IMG/VR virus record: IMGVR_UViG_3300030106_006480
Location: 10,143 to 74,142 of that record
Length of the DNA: 64,000 bases
Strand: one strand, 5' to 3'
Source: a virus
Shown here: positions 24,900 through 34,752 of the stretch, piece by piece
Layout: each line of letters starts with the position of its first letter
How positions within the stretch are numbered: the stretch's first letter is position 1
Translations under genes and position numbers: made by a program
Notes under the pieces: model-generated
Told to the model about the DNA's origin: nothing
The model's input: the letters and a program-made list of their open reading frames with translations, nothing else
The model's database searches: none

Positions 24900-25445
24900 A
24901 CACAATCTTTCCTGGCCTTCGGGGCGGCGGAGCGCTAGATAACACAGGAAACTTGTGGAAATCTCAGGGATTTATGGCAGATTCCACAGGGATTTGTGGA
25001 TAACGCAGGTTTCGTACTGCACAGCGGCAGCCTTGGTACCCTTCGCTCAGGTATCGTTGGCTTAACTAACCTTCGCTTAGGGATTCAGGCTTCGTTCGCT
25101 GTTCACCCCAGTTTTGACCCACCCCACCCTTTATTTTTTTTCTATACGGCACCTGCGACCCACAAGGTGTGTGAGACGTCTCAGGTAATTATTAACCTAA
25201 ATGAGGTAAAAAATGGGTTGTTTGTCGCAAAGATAGTGTAATATCACCAGGAATTTGGTAAATATCCTGGGGCAATAAAGCCAATAATATTTAATATTTA
25301 GTAAAGAGTCCTAGATATTTTTATATATCCACAAATGCTGACAAAAAATATTTAATAAAATAAATATTAAGATTTAAATAATATTTTGCAGCACAAAACG
25401 TCGCTAAAACTGACGATTACCCCAAATATTTACCCCAAACCGCCT
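24900..25445. other. Non-coding divergence region; candidate replication origin and/or genome terminus
   Basis: TGTGGATAA (perfect DnaA box) at 24995-25003, near-matches nearby, CCTTCGCT(C/T)AGG repeats, AT-rich tract at about 25285-25390. Confidence 0.45.
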
Positions 25446-25673
25446 TTATTTAAGACCGTGTTTCCTGAATTTGTGCGCAGCTTCTGCTGATTTGCCATAT
25501 TTAACTTTATCTGGAGCCATTTCTGCAATCTCAAACCTACGTTCGCGTAATCGCTCCCTGATTTCACCATCAGTTGCACCAGCCCTGGCTAAATCTTTAG
25601 CTTCTTCGATGGTATTACCAAAAGCTGTTACTCTAAGAGCTTTATTTTTTACTAATTCCCTGTTATCTTCCAT
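25446..25673 (-). CDS. Hypothetical protein
   Basis: Isolated ORF. Confidence 0.55.
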   Translation of the reverse strand: MEDNRELVKNKALRVTAFGNTIEEAKDLARAGATDGEIRERLRERRFEIAEMAPDKVKYGKSAEAAHKFRKHGLK

Positions 25674-25767
25674 TTATCGGGGGATAATCTTTTATTCAGT
25701 GGTTATATTCTAACGTATGTTAGATTTTGCACGATAAAATATTGTTATCAGAAATAATAGTAGTTAA

Positions 25768-28386
25768 ATGGCTTTGCAGGTAGGAGATCTAAACAGAGAT
25801 CCGAAAGAAGGTGGGATAGATCCTCTATCGGTTGGAGTAGGAGTAGGATTAGCCTTAGGCGGTGGGGCATTAGGACTTAAATATAGAAAACAATTGGGTT
25901 TAGATCGCAATATACCAAAAGCAAAGAAAGAATCTAAAGGAATTCAATTAGATAACTTAAATACAGTTAGAAATGTAGGTAGAAAGCAAGAAGTTCCTGA
26001 ATCAAAGGTAGTTGTTCCTGCACCTGAAACTCCTCAAAGAGTAAGTTCTTTTCCAGGTAAGGCTACTCCTGGTAGCGGGTTTAAAAACTTTAGTCAACAA
26101 GCAGATCGTTTACGTTTGGATGTCGGACGAATTGATAGCCTTCTCAAATCATTAGAACCTGATGTAGCCAGAGAATATTCTCAAATGATGGCGACTGAAG
26201 CTAGTCGTCAGGCAGCATCTGTTAGACGCCAAAAAGGACAGATAGTAGATGACCTTATTAAAGAGATTCGCGCAGAACCTCAATCATTTTTAAAAGATAA
26301 AGTACAAGAAGTTGGGATTACTTCTCAAGAGGCATCTCCTGCTCCTGAACGTATTTCACTAAATACATTAACAAATCAATATGAAGCTCAAGGTGAACCT
26401 CGCGCTGCAATGCAAGCTGCTGATGCAGTACAAAGTGCATCTGATCAATTAGATTCTCGCGCTGAAGCTGTTGTTCAGCGTGACACAGATTCTGTTCGCT
26501 TAGGTAAACAACCGGTATTTACTGAAAAGCAACAACGTATATTCCGAGAAACAGCACCACGCACTAAGTTAGATTCTCCTGAAGCAAAATTAAAAAGAGC
26601 TGCTTATCAGTTTGAACAGATGGATATGTCAGGTGGTTTGCCTGACGATCAAATTACAGCAGTTGGTCAAGCCATGGCCGAGGCGCGTTATGATCCAACA
26701 CCTAGTGCCTATGACTTAACAGGAAAAATAGAAGATCTCCCAGGTGTACGTGAGATGTCGGCTAAACGCCGCAAAGAAGTGTTTGGTTCGAAACGTTTAC
26801 CCCCAAGGGGAGCTTTTTCTGACAGTGATTTAAGTGGTATTAATCAAGAAGAGGCAGCAGAACGTATCATGGCGGCAGCTTCCCAAAAAGCAGGATCTTT
26901 AGATGAACAATTACTTTTAGATCCATCTACTCCCTATCAACAACTCAGACAAAGAGGTTTGTTAGGAAGTGTACCTAAGTTTGATCCTTCTACAGGTTAT
27001 GTAGAAACTAATCCCACCATGGAGATTAGGCCAGGTGCTTCTGCTTCGATGAGTGATCGTCCAGGTAAAGCCCGTATTGGAATTGATACAGAATTTGAAA
27101 CTAATTTGGGCACCGAAGGCTCAGCTTATCTAAAAGAAACTCTTGCAAATAAAGAAAGGACTAATAAAGCTTCAACATTACTTGCTGGACGTGTTGCAGA
27201 ACTACAAGGACGTGCCTCTGGATCAGGACGTCAAGAACGTGTCGTAGATGGGTTAGTACCTATCAGGACTTTTGAAGGCGAAGAAACTGCAGGAGTTTTT
27301 ACAGATCCTTCAGGAAAAGTACGTTTGGTTGGAGAAGGACAGCGTCAGAGAGGAAAAATAGAATCAACAGATATGAGTGCTACAGGTACACGCCAGCCAG
27401 GTGGCTTTGAAGAACCTAGTAGAAAAGAAATCTCTCCTTTAATTACTACTGCACCAATGGCAAGAAAAGCCACTAACGAAGACCGTCTAATTACAGATAA
27501 GTTTGGTAGACAATTTGTTATTCAGAGTAAGTCAGTTGTTGAAGGAGCCCAGCCTTTGATGGGGGTTAAAGGCGTAATTAAAACCCCAAGAGTCGGTGGT
27601 AAACCTGGTACAGGTGTTATGTCCTTTAAGTCTGATGCCAAGTCAGAACCTTTAAGTATTAATCGTCAAATGGCTGAAGGTCTTGCTCAAGACGCAGCAG
27701 ATACTTATGTAAATAATCCTTCTGCAAAACTAAAATTCTTGCAAGAAAGAAATCCAAATGCTTTAAAAGGTGTTGAATTTCTTGAAGATGCAGGTAATGC
27801 TTTAGATTATAAAGATTTTATTATTGAATCTGTTGATAAAGGATTAAAACAGAAAGGGATCCAATTAGATGTTCTTCAACCTGAAAAAACTAGTTCAGGT
27901 TCTTTTAATACTGCAGCAGCACATGCTTTTGTAGATGATCTTCTTAAAGTCTCTAAAGATGTTCCAGTATATGCAAGTCCTTTAAAAGTTGATCCAGATA
28001 CAGGTAATCCTGTATTGGACTTTAAAGGGCGCGTTCAAGGAGAGGGAGAGGCTAAACTTATGCCAGGACTTTCTAAAGGCGTTAGAGGTACTGGTGGCGT
28101 CGATCCAATGCAGATTGGAGATGACTATGAAGGCAATGTTGCTTATAACACTATTCGTGTTGAAGGTGGACGTACCCTTACTCCTGAAGAGGCCAGGCCA
28201 CAGCCTTCTCCTGGAACTCCAGAAACAGCAGCTCTTTCAAGTATTCGTGAGCAAATGGCGAATGTTCAACCACGTACTGAACGTTTCTCGGTTCAACCTC
28301 GCGATACAGTAGAAGTTAATGATGATGCTATTCAAAACTTCTTAGCTAAACAAGCACGTCGTTACGGTTCATCCAGGAGGTCTTAA
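25768..28386 (+). CDS. Large putative internal virion/ejection protein
   Basis: 872 aa, N-terminal Gly-rich hydrophobic helix, first gene of the late arm. Confidence 0.5.
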   Translation: MALQVGDLNRDPKEGGIDPLSVGVGVGLALGGGALGLKYRKQLGLDRNIPKAKKESKGIQLDNLNTVRNVGRKQEVPESKVVVPAPETPQRVSSFPGKATPGSGFKNFSQQADRLRLDVGRIDSLLKSLEPDVAREYSQMMATEASRQAASVRRQKGQIVDDLIKEIRAEPQSFLKDKVQEVGITSQEASPAPERISLNTLTNQYEAQGEPRAAMQAADAVQSASDQLDSRAEAVVQRDTDSVRLGKQPVFTEKQQRIFRETAPRTKLDSPEAKLKRAAYQFEQMDMSGGLPDDQITAVGQAMAEARYDPTPSAYDLTGKIEDLPGVREMSAKRRKEVFGSKRLPPRGAFSDSDLSGINQEEAAERIMAAASQKAGSLDEQLLLDPSTPYQQLRQRGLLGSVPKFDPSTGYVETNPTMEIRPGASASMSDRPGKARIGIDTEFETNLGTEGSAYLKETLANKERTNKASTLLAGRVAELQGRASGSGRQERVVDGLVPIRTFEGEETAGVFTDPSGKVRLVGEGQRQRGKIESTDMSATGTRQPGGFEEPSRKEISPLITTAPMARKATNEDRLITDKFGRQFVIQSKSVVEGAQPLMGVKGVIKTPRVGGKPGTGVMSFKSDAKSEPLSINRQMAEGLAQDAADTYVNNPSAKLKFLQERNPNALKGVEFLEDAGNALDYKDFIIESVDKGLKQKGIQLDVLQPEKTSSGSFNTAAAHAFVDDLLKVSKDVPVYASPLKVDPDTGNPVLDFKGRVQGEGEAKLMPGLSKGVRGTGGVDPMQIGDDYEGNVAYNTIRVEGGRTLTPEEARPQPSPGTPETAALSSIREQMANVQPRTERFSVQPRDTVEVNDDAIQNFLAKQARRYGSSRRS

Positions 28387-28388
28387 TC

Positions 28389-28628
28389 GTGGCTAAAAAG
28401 AAAGAGCAACCCAAAAAAGAAAAGAAGAAAAAGTTTATCAAAGAGGCTATCAAACGTCCTGGTACCTTTACAGCTAAAGCTCACAAGAAGGGTATTACTT
28501 CTGCTCAGCTGCAACGTAATGTCTTAGATAATCCTGATGATTATGATGAAAAGACTGTTAAGCAGGCTAATTTAAGAAAAACCTTAGTAGGATTAAATAA
28601 TAAAAGAAAAACTAAAAAGGATAGCTAA
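28389..28628 (+). CDS. Small basic protein
   Basis: Lys-rich; IKRPGTFTAKA...KQANLRKTL. Confidence 0.65.
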   Translation: MAKKKEQPKKEKKKKFIKEAIKRPGTFTAKAHKKGITSAQLQRNVLDNPDDYDEKTVKQANLRKTLVGLNNKRKTKKDS

Positions 28629-29158
28629 TGGGATTTGATATACGTTTGAGTCGTCCAGAAGATTACATGGACGATGTGTCTAAATTCTTCCGTAGCCCAC
28701 GGAGGCATAAAGTTGATTACAAATCTGCTTTTGCTAATAAGGCTTCGGAAGGCGAAGCACCTTTTAATACCGGACGTTTGGGTTTTGAAGAATTAACTAA
28801 AAAAATGACAAGCCGTAAGTTAACTGAAAACCCTCGGCTTGAGTTTATAGATGAGATGGGAAATAATAAAGTGTTTGCGGGAATTGGGCGCTTTGATAAA
28901 GAAACGGATTATAACTTTGAAATAGGAAAACCTAATACTATTTTAAACTTTACTCAGTCACCTATATATAATCCTATGTGGGCAGAGACATATAAGATCA
29001 GTCCTACTGTTGAGACTAAAGTTGACAATCCAATGCCAAGTGTTCTTAATCCAGATCCCAATGGTGTTCTTCAAGCTTCTGCGGATACTCGATTGGAAAA
29101 CGAATTAGAAGGTAACCTTTCAGTTGCTCAAATTCTGAGAGAGGGTAAGGAAGGTTAA
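28628..29158 (+). CDS. Hypothetical late protein
   Basis: Coupled ORF. Confidence 0.6.
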   Translation: MGFDIRLSRPEDYMDDVSKFFRSPRRHKVDYKSAFANKASEGEAPFNTGRLGFEELTKKMTSRKLTENPRLEFIDEMGNNKVFAGIGRFDKETDYNFEIGKPNTILNFTQSPIYNPMWAETYKISPTVETKVDNPMPSVLNPDPNGVLQASADTRLENELEGNLSVAQILREGKEG

Positions 29159-29183
29159 AATTAAATATAAATAGATAGATAAG

Positions 29184-29678
29184 ATGCTGGGAACATTAAG
29201 ACCATTAGCTGGACGCCTTCTCAAATTTGCAGGGGGTGAACAGGCTCGCGGAGTTCTTCCAGCGGCTGCAATGAGTGGCGGGTTAAACGCTCTTATCACA
29301 ACCGCTGCAACAGGAGATCCAGTTCGGGGTCTTACCTATGGTGTTGCTGACTTTTTAGGATCTTATCCAGCAACTCTTGCAGTCCGTGGGTTACGGCCTA
29401 AAGGAATGAGACGTGTAGAGGTTATGGATAAAGGTCAAGGTACTGGTAAGTTTACGAATGAACCAGTGATTTCTCGTTTAGAACTTCCTGCGAACGTAGC
29501 AGCTTCTATTTTTGCTACTGAACTTGTTGCTGCTAATGATCCTACTCTTCATCAGGATGCAACGGTTGCACAACAAAATGCACAACGAGCAGCTATTAAT
29601 TCTGACTTAGCTTTATCCAATGTCTATGCCCCTGGTACGATGTATCAACAGCTAGCAGGTCAGGGAGTTCTTTACTGA
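29184..29678 (+). CDS. Putative virion/ejection protein
   Basis: Ala/Gly-rich; late arm. Confidence 0.5.
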   Translation: MLGTLRPLAGRLLKFAGGEQARGVLPAAAMSGGLNALITTAATGDPVRGLTYGVADFLGSYPATLAVRGLRPKGMRRVEVMDKGQGTGKFTNEPVISRLELPANVAASIFATELVAANDPTLHQDATVAQQNAQRAAINSDLALSNVYAPGTMYQQLAGQGVLY

Positions 29679-30847
29679 TGAACATCTTAAAAGGATTAGG
29701 AAAGGCTTATAAGGAAGGTTTTTCTAAATCAGTAGAAAACATGGGTCTTGCAGAAGGAATTTCTTCTTCTGGTTATACCCCCCATAGTGCAGTACCAATT
29801 GTAGCTAAAGGTGCTTATGGGCAACTTGCACAACAAGGAATTGGTTTTAATACTCCTGTAAAACTTGTTGGTGCAACCACTGCAAGAGTTATGGCTGACC
29901 TTGGGCAAGATGCTACTCGTCATTTATATTGGCGTTATAACCATCCCATGGCAATTTCAGACAAGGTAGCTGAAAGTGCTTTTGGGGATCAGATGAAAAG
30001 ATTTAATGCAGCACAGCGTGGGGCGATTAGTTTGGCTACGGTTGGCTTGCCGGTCGGTGCTTCTTTAGGAACATTTGATATTACCAATGTTGGTGAATTA
30101 GGCCGACCCAAAGGTTACGCTCAATCCTATGCAGAAAAGGGTTCGGAAGACCGCAGAGAAACTTCTCAAGTTGCTCCAGAACTTTTAGAACGATTTGTCC
30201 TTGGTCGCCAAGGGCGACCTCTGAAGTTTGAAACAGCTAAAGAAGATATTCCTGATTTGACAAAAGAAAGGTATTCAAATTATATGAATTACCTTTATAA
30301 CGATAAAGGATTAGTAGGTGCAGGTCTAATTAAAGGGACAACTGAAAACCTTTATGGAGAGCCTGAACTGCGTATTGTTGGATTCCCAGTTGGTCTTCAG
30401 GCAGCTGGTGCATTGGCTGGTGGGACCCTAGCAGGTCGAGCTGCGCTCAAGACTTTACCTAAAAATGTAGTAGAGACTAAAGGTAAGAGTCAGCAAGTAA
30501 CAAGGCGTGTACCGTTGCCTGCAGGTAGTACGAGAAAGGTAGCAGCGATAGGAGGAGCTGGAGCACTGGCAGGGGCTGCAGTAGGTAAGTTAATTAACCG
30601 CGCTATTGCTACACAGGGTCAATCAGATTTACCTTCAACGCAAGAATATGGAATTACATCGAATGAAATCACATCGATGCGTAGTGGAATCACACCAGAA
30701 CGTACTTTAAATGGTAGTCCAGAAGGTGAACTTGTTATGGCTTCATTGCGTGGGTATGGGCCTTATCCTCAATTAGAAAAACTTGGTTTAAACACACCTG
30801 AAAAATTAGAGCGACGTAGGCAAGAATTAATTGCTTTGTATGATTGA
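29678..30847 (+). CDS. Putative virion/ejection protein
   Basis: Glycine-zipper hydrophobic segments. Confidence 0.5.
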   Translation: MNILKGLGKAYKEGFSKSVENMGLAEGISSSGYTPHSAVPIVAKGAYGQLAQQGIGFNTPVKLVGATTARVMADLGQDATRHLYWRYNHPMAISDKVAESAFGDQMKRFNAAQRGAISLATVGLPVGASLGTFDITNVGELGRPKGYAQSYAEKGSEDRRETSQVAPELLERFVLGRQGRPLKFETAKEDIPDLTKERYSNYMNYLYNDKGLVGAGLIKGTTENLYGEPELRIVGFPVGLQAAGALAGGTLAGRAALKTLPKNVVETKGKSQQVTRRVPLPAGSTRKVAAIGGAGALAGAAVGKLINRAIATQGQSDLPSTQEYGITSNEITSMRSGITPERTLNGSPEGELVMASLRGYGPYPQLEKLGLNTPEKLERRRQELIALYD

Positions 30848-30898
30848 AAGAGTTAGTTATAATAGAATTTAAGTACTAAAGAATTTATTTTGTAGGAT

Positions 30899-31834
30899 AT
30901 GTACCCTTATCAAGTACCGACAAGTTTGGGGGGTGCCAATGTAGGTCTCGCTTCACCGCTTACTCAGCCTTTAGATCCTTTACTTGGTAGAGGGCAAATG
31001 AATTTTCAAAGTGGAGTTAATTTAGCAGGACCGACAGCTGAAGCTGGTGAAGATTTTCTTCAAAGGATTCTTAAAGCAAATCCAGGTGCAGACCCTAAAA
31101 AAATCCAAGAAGCATTAAAAGGTGCAGGTTCTAAGGCAAAAGGAGCACTTAAGGGCGCAGTAAAACCTATGCCTTTTGCCCAAGCACGTAGCTTTGGTGC
31201 TGGTCGTCTTGGTGTTGCAGGCGGTCTTCTTGCAGGTGGTTTAACGGCAGTTGATGCTCTTCAACAGGGTCGTCCTTTAGAAGCAGCAGTTGGTGGTACT
31301 GGTGCAGCCTTAGGAACGATTGGTGGTACCGTTTTAGGAGGAATGGCTGGCGGTCCTGTCGGAGCTTTTGTTGGCGGCTCTTTAGGAAGTATGCTTGGTG
31401 GCCAAGCAGGTACTGCAGCTGAATATATTAAGCGTGATATTACAGGAGATCCTATTCGTGGAAAGGATGATCTGAAGAATGAAATCGCTAGACAGCAAAA
31501 AATTGATGAATTGGAATCTAGCCGTTATCGGAACAATTTAGGGGTTTACACAAGTGCTGTACAAGACTTACAGCAGTTTAGTAATAACCAAGAATATTTA
31601 CAGGCTCAACGGATGTTACCGTTGGTTAATAAAATGAAGAACCAAGAATTGGTTCGTCAACAGGCTCTTCTTGCAAGTCAAACACAATCTGCAGCAATGT
31701 TAGGAACACTAGCTACTGCAGGGGCCTTGGCTCAGGGACAGCAAAGGGAAACAGGTGCGATGATTCGTACCGCAATGACTTCCAACCCTTACGCTGGAGC
31801 TGTGCTTCAGGCACCTCAAATTAAGTTTGGTTGA
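30899..31834 (+). CDS. Putative ejection protein with glycine zippers
   Basis: GxxxG repeats followed by Gln-rich coiled coil. Confidence 0.55.
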   Translation: MYPYQVPTSLGGANVGLASPLTQPLDPLLGRGQMNFQSGVNLAGPTAEAGEDFLQRILKANPGADPKKIQEALKGAGSKAKGALKGAVKPMPFAQARSFGAGRLGVAGGLLAGGLTAVDALQQGRPLEAAVGGTGAALGTIGGTVLGGMAGGPVGAFVGGSLGSMLGGQAGTAAEYIKRDITGDPIRGKDDLKNEIARQQKIDELESSRYRNNLGVYTSAVQDLQQFSNNQEYLQAQRMLPLVNKMKNQELVRQQALLASQTQSAAMLGTLATAGALAQGQQRETGAMIRTAMTSNPYAGAVLQAPQIKFG

Positions 31835-32375
31835 TCTTATGGAAATTAATCTTGCTGGTAATTATGGGGAACTCCTGAAAGATTTTAATCCATTAGGAGA
31901 AACTTTTAAGTCTCTTTCAACAGGTGTAGAAGCAGCGGATAATCAAAATTTGACTGATCTATATTTTGCTTCAGAAGAAACAAAAACAAAACCTAATCCA
32001 TTAGATCCTGCAGATAAGCCTAGACCAAACCTAGCAGGCACTGGATCTCTGGCAGATATGGTTAGAGTTCTTGGCGAACTAGAAGAAAGAAAAACTAACA
32101 GGATGTTTGACCGGCTTCCTGAGTTGCTTGACTACAAAATGAAATTAGCCAGGTATATGCAACAAATTGGCAAGGAATCTGTAGAGGTTGCTTATCAAAA
32201 CCGTTTTGCATATGACAGAGCACCTCAAATGGTTGTTGATGCTTTGGCAAAACGTAATACATTTTTGCCTGAGATTGTTGCGTCACCTTTCCAATACACT
32301 GGTGGGGCTAGAGCATTAACAGCAGGCATGAGTGCCCGCGCTGGTCGTTCCGCTTATCCAACGAGGTTAACATAA
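31827..32375 (+). CDS. Hypothetical late protein
   Basis: Coupled ORF. Confidence 0.55.
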   Translation: MVDLMEINLAGNYGELLKDFNPLGETFKSLSTGVEAADNQNLTDLYFASEETKTKPNPLDPADKPRPNLAGTGSLADMVRVLGELEERKTNRMFDRLPELLDYKMKLARYMQQIGKESVEVAYQNRFAYDRAPQMVVDALAKRNTFLPEIVASPFQYTGGARALTAGMSARAGRSAYPTRLT

Positions 32376-32845
32376 TGGAATTTACATCCCCGCTCACAGG
32401 AATAGATTATTCTTATTCACAGTTTCCTGCTGATTTTGATCCTGGGTTTGATATTGATATTAAAACAGGCCCTCTTGGTGGAGATGGAATAGATTTTGGT
32501 GCTTTGTTTAAACCAGCACAAACACAACCAAGACAACAAAATACATATAATTTAATCAGTCCCCAAGCGGCCTTAGGATTAGCAACTAATCTTGGAGCCC
32601 TGGGTGCTCGTAATCAACAAATGAGTGCAATGGATGCTAGGCGAGTAGCTCTTGCTGATACGGCTTCTCAACAAGGCGCTTCTCTTGCCGGTGCTGCATT
32701 TATGAATGCATTAGATCGACAAGCACTTAATGATGTAACTGCCATGGATCTTGGTCCCCGTGGGCGTCAGTTATTCGCAAGAAAAGTACGCTCCAATACC
32801 CCTGGATCCGCGTACCAAAAGTTAGTGGCAGGTAGATTTGCATGA
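32375..32845 (+). CDS. Putative ejection protein
   Basis: Ala/Gln-rich; coupled ORF. Confidence 0.5.
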   Translation: MEFTSPLTGIDYSYSQFPADFDPGFDIDIKTGPLGGDGIDFGALFKPAQTQPRQQNTYNLISPQAALGLATNLGALGARNQQMSAMDARRVALADTASQQGASLAGAAFMNALDRQALNDVTAMDLGPRGRQLFARKVRSNTPGSAYQKLVAGRFA

Positions 32846-32885
32846 TACATACCACTGTTAAAATAAAAAATAACGAGGGGTAAAA

Positions 32886-33614
32886 ATGGGTTTTTTTGAT
32901 GGTATAGGAGACTTTCTTGGTGATATAGGGAAAAAAGCACTTCCCGCAGTAGCTGGTGCAGCAGCTAGTGCTATTCCTGGTGTTGGTCCATTCGTTGCTC
33001 CGCTTGCTGCAGGTGCAACAAATGCATTGCTTGGCGGTGGAAGCAGCGGAGGCGGAGGCGGCGGTCAGGTAGCAGGTCGTTACATGCAGACAATGCAACC
33101 TAGTTTTCAAGATTATCCAAGAACTAGTTATAAAGATTTCATGACAGGAGATCTTGATAAAGACGATTATAAAGACTTTAAAGACGATTTATCAGCAGGC
33201 GTTAGATCGGGTCAATTCAGTCCTTTTGAAGCTTACAGTATGGCTGTTGAAGCTAGAGGTAGGCCCTCTTCATTCTCTTCAAGCTTCTTAGATTACACGC
33301 CTTCTGATCAAGTGGGTTACGGTGCAGTAAAAGAAGCAGCAAAAATGTATGGTCAAAACTTAAGCGATAAACAACAAGATAAACTATTTGAACGTGCTCT
33401 TGCTTCTGGAGCACGAGACTTTGGATCGATTATGGACTTCGCTCAAAGTTCTATTGGATTAGATCCTAAATATCGTAATTATGGTCCTTTGATGAGAGAG
33501 CAAGAATTAGCCCAGGTGTATTATGGAAATATGATTCAGAATCCTACTGATCCGGGACTTAAAACTAATAAATACAGTTATAGAACTCCCACTGGTTTTC
33601 TTGCTTCTTCTTAA
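32886..33614 (+). CDS. Putative pilot/ejection protein
   Basis: MGFFDGIGDFLG...IPGVGP N-terminus and poly-Gly linker. Confidence 0.55.
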   Translation: MGFFDGIGDFLGDIGKKALPAVAGAAASAIPGVGPFVAPLAAGATNALLGGGSSGGGGGGQVAGRYMQTMQPSFQDYPRTSYKDFMTGDLDKDDYKDFKDDLSAGVRSGQFSPFEAYSMAVEARGRPSSFSSSFLDYTPSDQVGYGAVKEAAKMYGQNLSDKQQDKLFERALASGARDFGSIMDFAQSSIGLDPKYRNYGPLMREQELAQVYYGNMIQNPTDPGLKTNKYSYRTPTGFLASS

Positions 33615-33616
33615 AA

Positions 33617-34105
33617 ATGTCTATTCCTAATTATGATGATTTTATAGAATCAAGAGTGCGGATGGCCAAGCCATCTGCACGTAACGCTTATACATATCAA
33701 AAAGCTACTCAAGAATTTTTAAGTAAATACTTTGATGGTAAAGACTCTTCTGATAGCAAGAAGAGAGATGATGACAGGGATATAGATAGAGATAGAGATA
33801 GGGATAGGGATAGGAATAGGGATAGGGATAGGGACCGAAATCGGAATAACAATGATAATGATAGAGATCAGGAAAAAATAGACAGACGGAGAGAGAAACG
33901 TGAACGAGAGCAAAAAGAGCAATTTGAAAATGAAATGTCAGAAGGGAAAACTCTCACTGAAATACAACATGAACATGAGTTCAATTTATTAACTCATAGG
34001 GCAGGGATTGCCAAAGAGATTTTGGCACTTGAAAATCATTACCAAAGAGAAAAAAATGAATTGAACACAATAGTTGGACTATTGGGAGGGATTTGGAACT
34101 CATAA
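33617..34105 (+). CDS. Hypothetical protein with (D/N)R dipeptide repeat
   Basis: DRDRDRDRDRNRDRDRDRNR tract. Confidence 0.6.
   Translation: MSIPNYDDFIESRVRMAKPSARNAYTYQKATQEFLSKYFDGKDSSDSKKRDDDRDIDRDRDRDRDRNRDRDRDRNRNNNDNDRDQEKIDRRREKREREQKEQFENEMSEGKTLTEIQHEHEFNLLTHRAGIAKEILALENHYQREKNELNTIVGLLGGIWNS
33772..33846 (+). repeat. Degenerate hexamer tandem repeat (GATAGG/GATAGA)
   Basis: gatagagatagagatagggatagggataggaatagggataggg visible in sequence. Confidence 0.85.
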
Positions 34106-34154
34106 GTATTGTATAGTTTAAAATATGTAAAGAAGATTCCATTAATCATTCATC

Positions 34155-34406
34155 ATGACTCCAAAAGAGTATAGAGAGCGACTTAAGGCGATTAATAAAG
34201 ATAAGTCCCTTAGTAAAGAACAGAAGCAGAGGCTGAAGGAAGAGTTAGCACAAGCTTTCTACGGTCCCAAAGCTGACTTGGGCCAATTCAATGAACTTCT
34301 TGGCAAGCTTGAAGGTTCTAAAATGAAGCAACAGCGTCAAAGATCTGTTGAAGGTCGCCGTGACATCTTTGCAGGTGGCTTAGCTTCCATGATGACTAAC
34401 TTCTGA
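34155..34406 (+). CDS. Small late protein, paralog of the C-terminal half of 53734..54285
   Basis: Near-identical last 48 aa. Confidence 0.7.
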   Translation: MTPKEYRERLKAINKDKSLSKEQKQRLKEELAQAFYGPKADLGQFNELLGKLEGSKMKQQRQRSVEGRRDIFAGGLASMMTNF

Positions 34407-34455
34407 TCAACTGAAGTAAATCAAAAATACTGCTGGATTTTAAATTTTTCTTGTC

Positions 34456-34752
34456 ATGCTTGATCCTACTGATAAAGATAAAAAGAAAGATCAAGATGGA
34501 GATACGTTTAGTATCACCTCTGTAGATAAAGACAAGGATAAATTTACCACTCAATCTAATCCAGCAGAAGATGATGATTACTTTGATATTGATAAGTACA
34601 GGGCTGCTGCTCAAGTAGCTTATGATTTCGGTAAACTACGTGAACAAGATCGTGGGGATGAAGTCAGAAAAACAGCAGCCCAACAAGATGCTTTCAGAAA
34701 GCAAGACGAAGCCAGGGACGCCAAGCAAGCAGCTAAAGCGTACAAGTTCTGA
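34456..34752 (+). CDS. Hypothetical charged late protein
   Basis: ORF; FDIDKYRAAAQVAY. Confidence 0.6.
   Translation: MLDPTDKDKKKDQDGDTFSITSVDKDKDKFTTQSNPAEDDDYFDIDKYRAAAQVAYDFGKLREQDRGDEVRKTAAQQDAFRKQDEARDAKQAAKAYKF

Noticed and set aside
24996-25241. 81-aa plus-strand ORF in the divergence region
   Set aside because: GTG start, no recognisable features, and it crosses the repeat/DnaA-box tract; likely spurious
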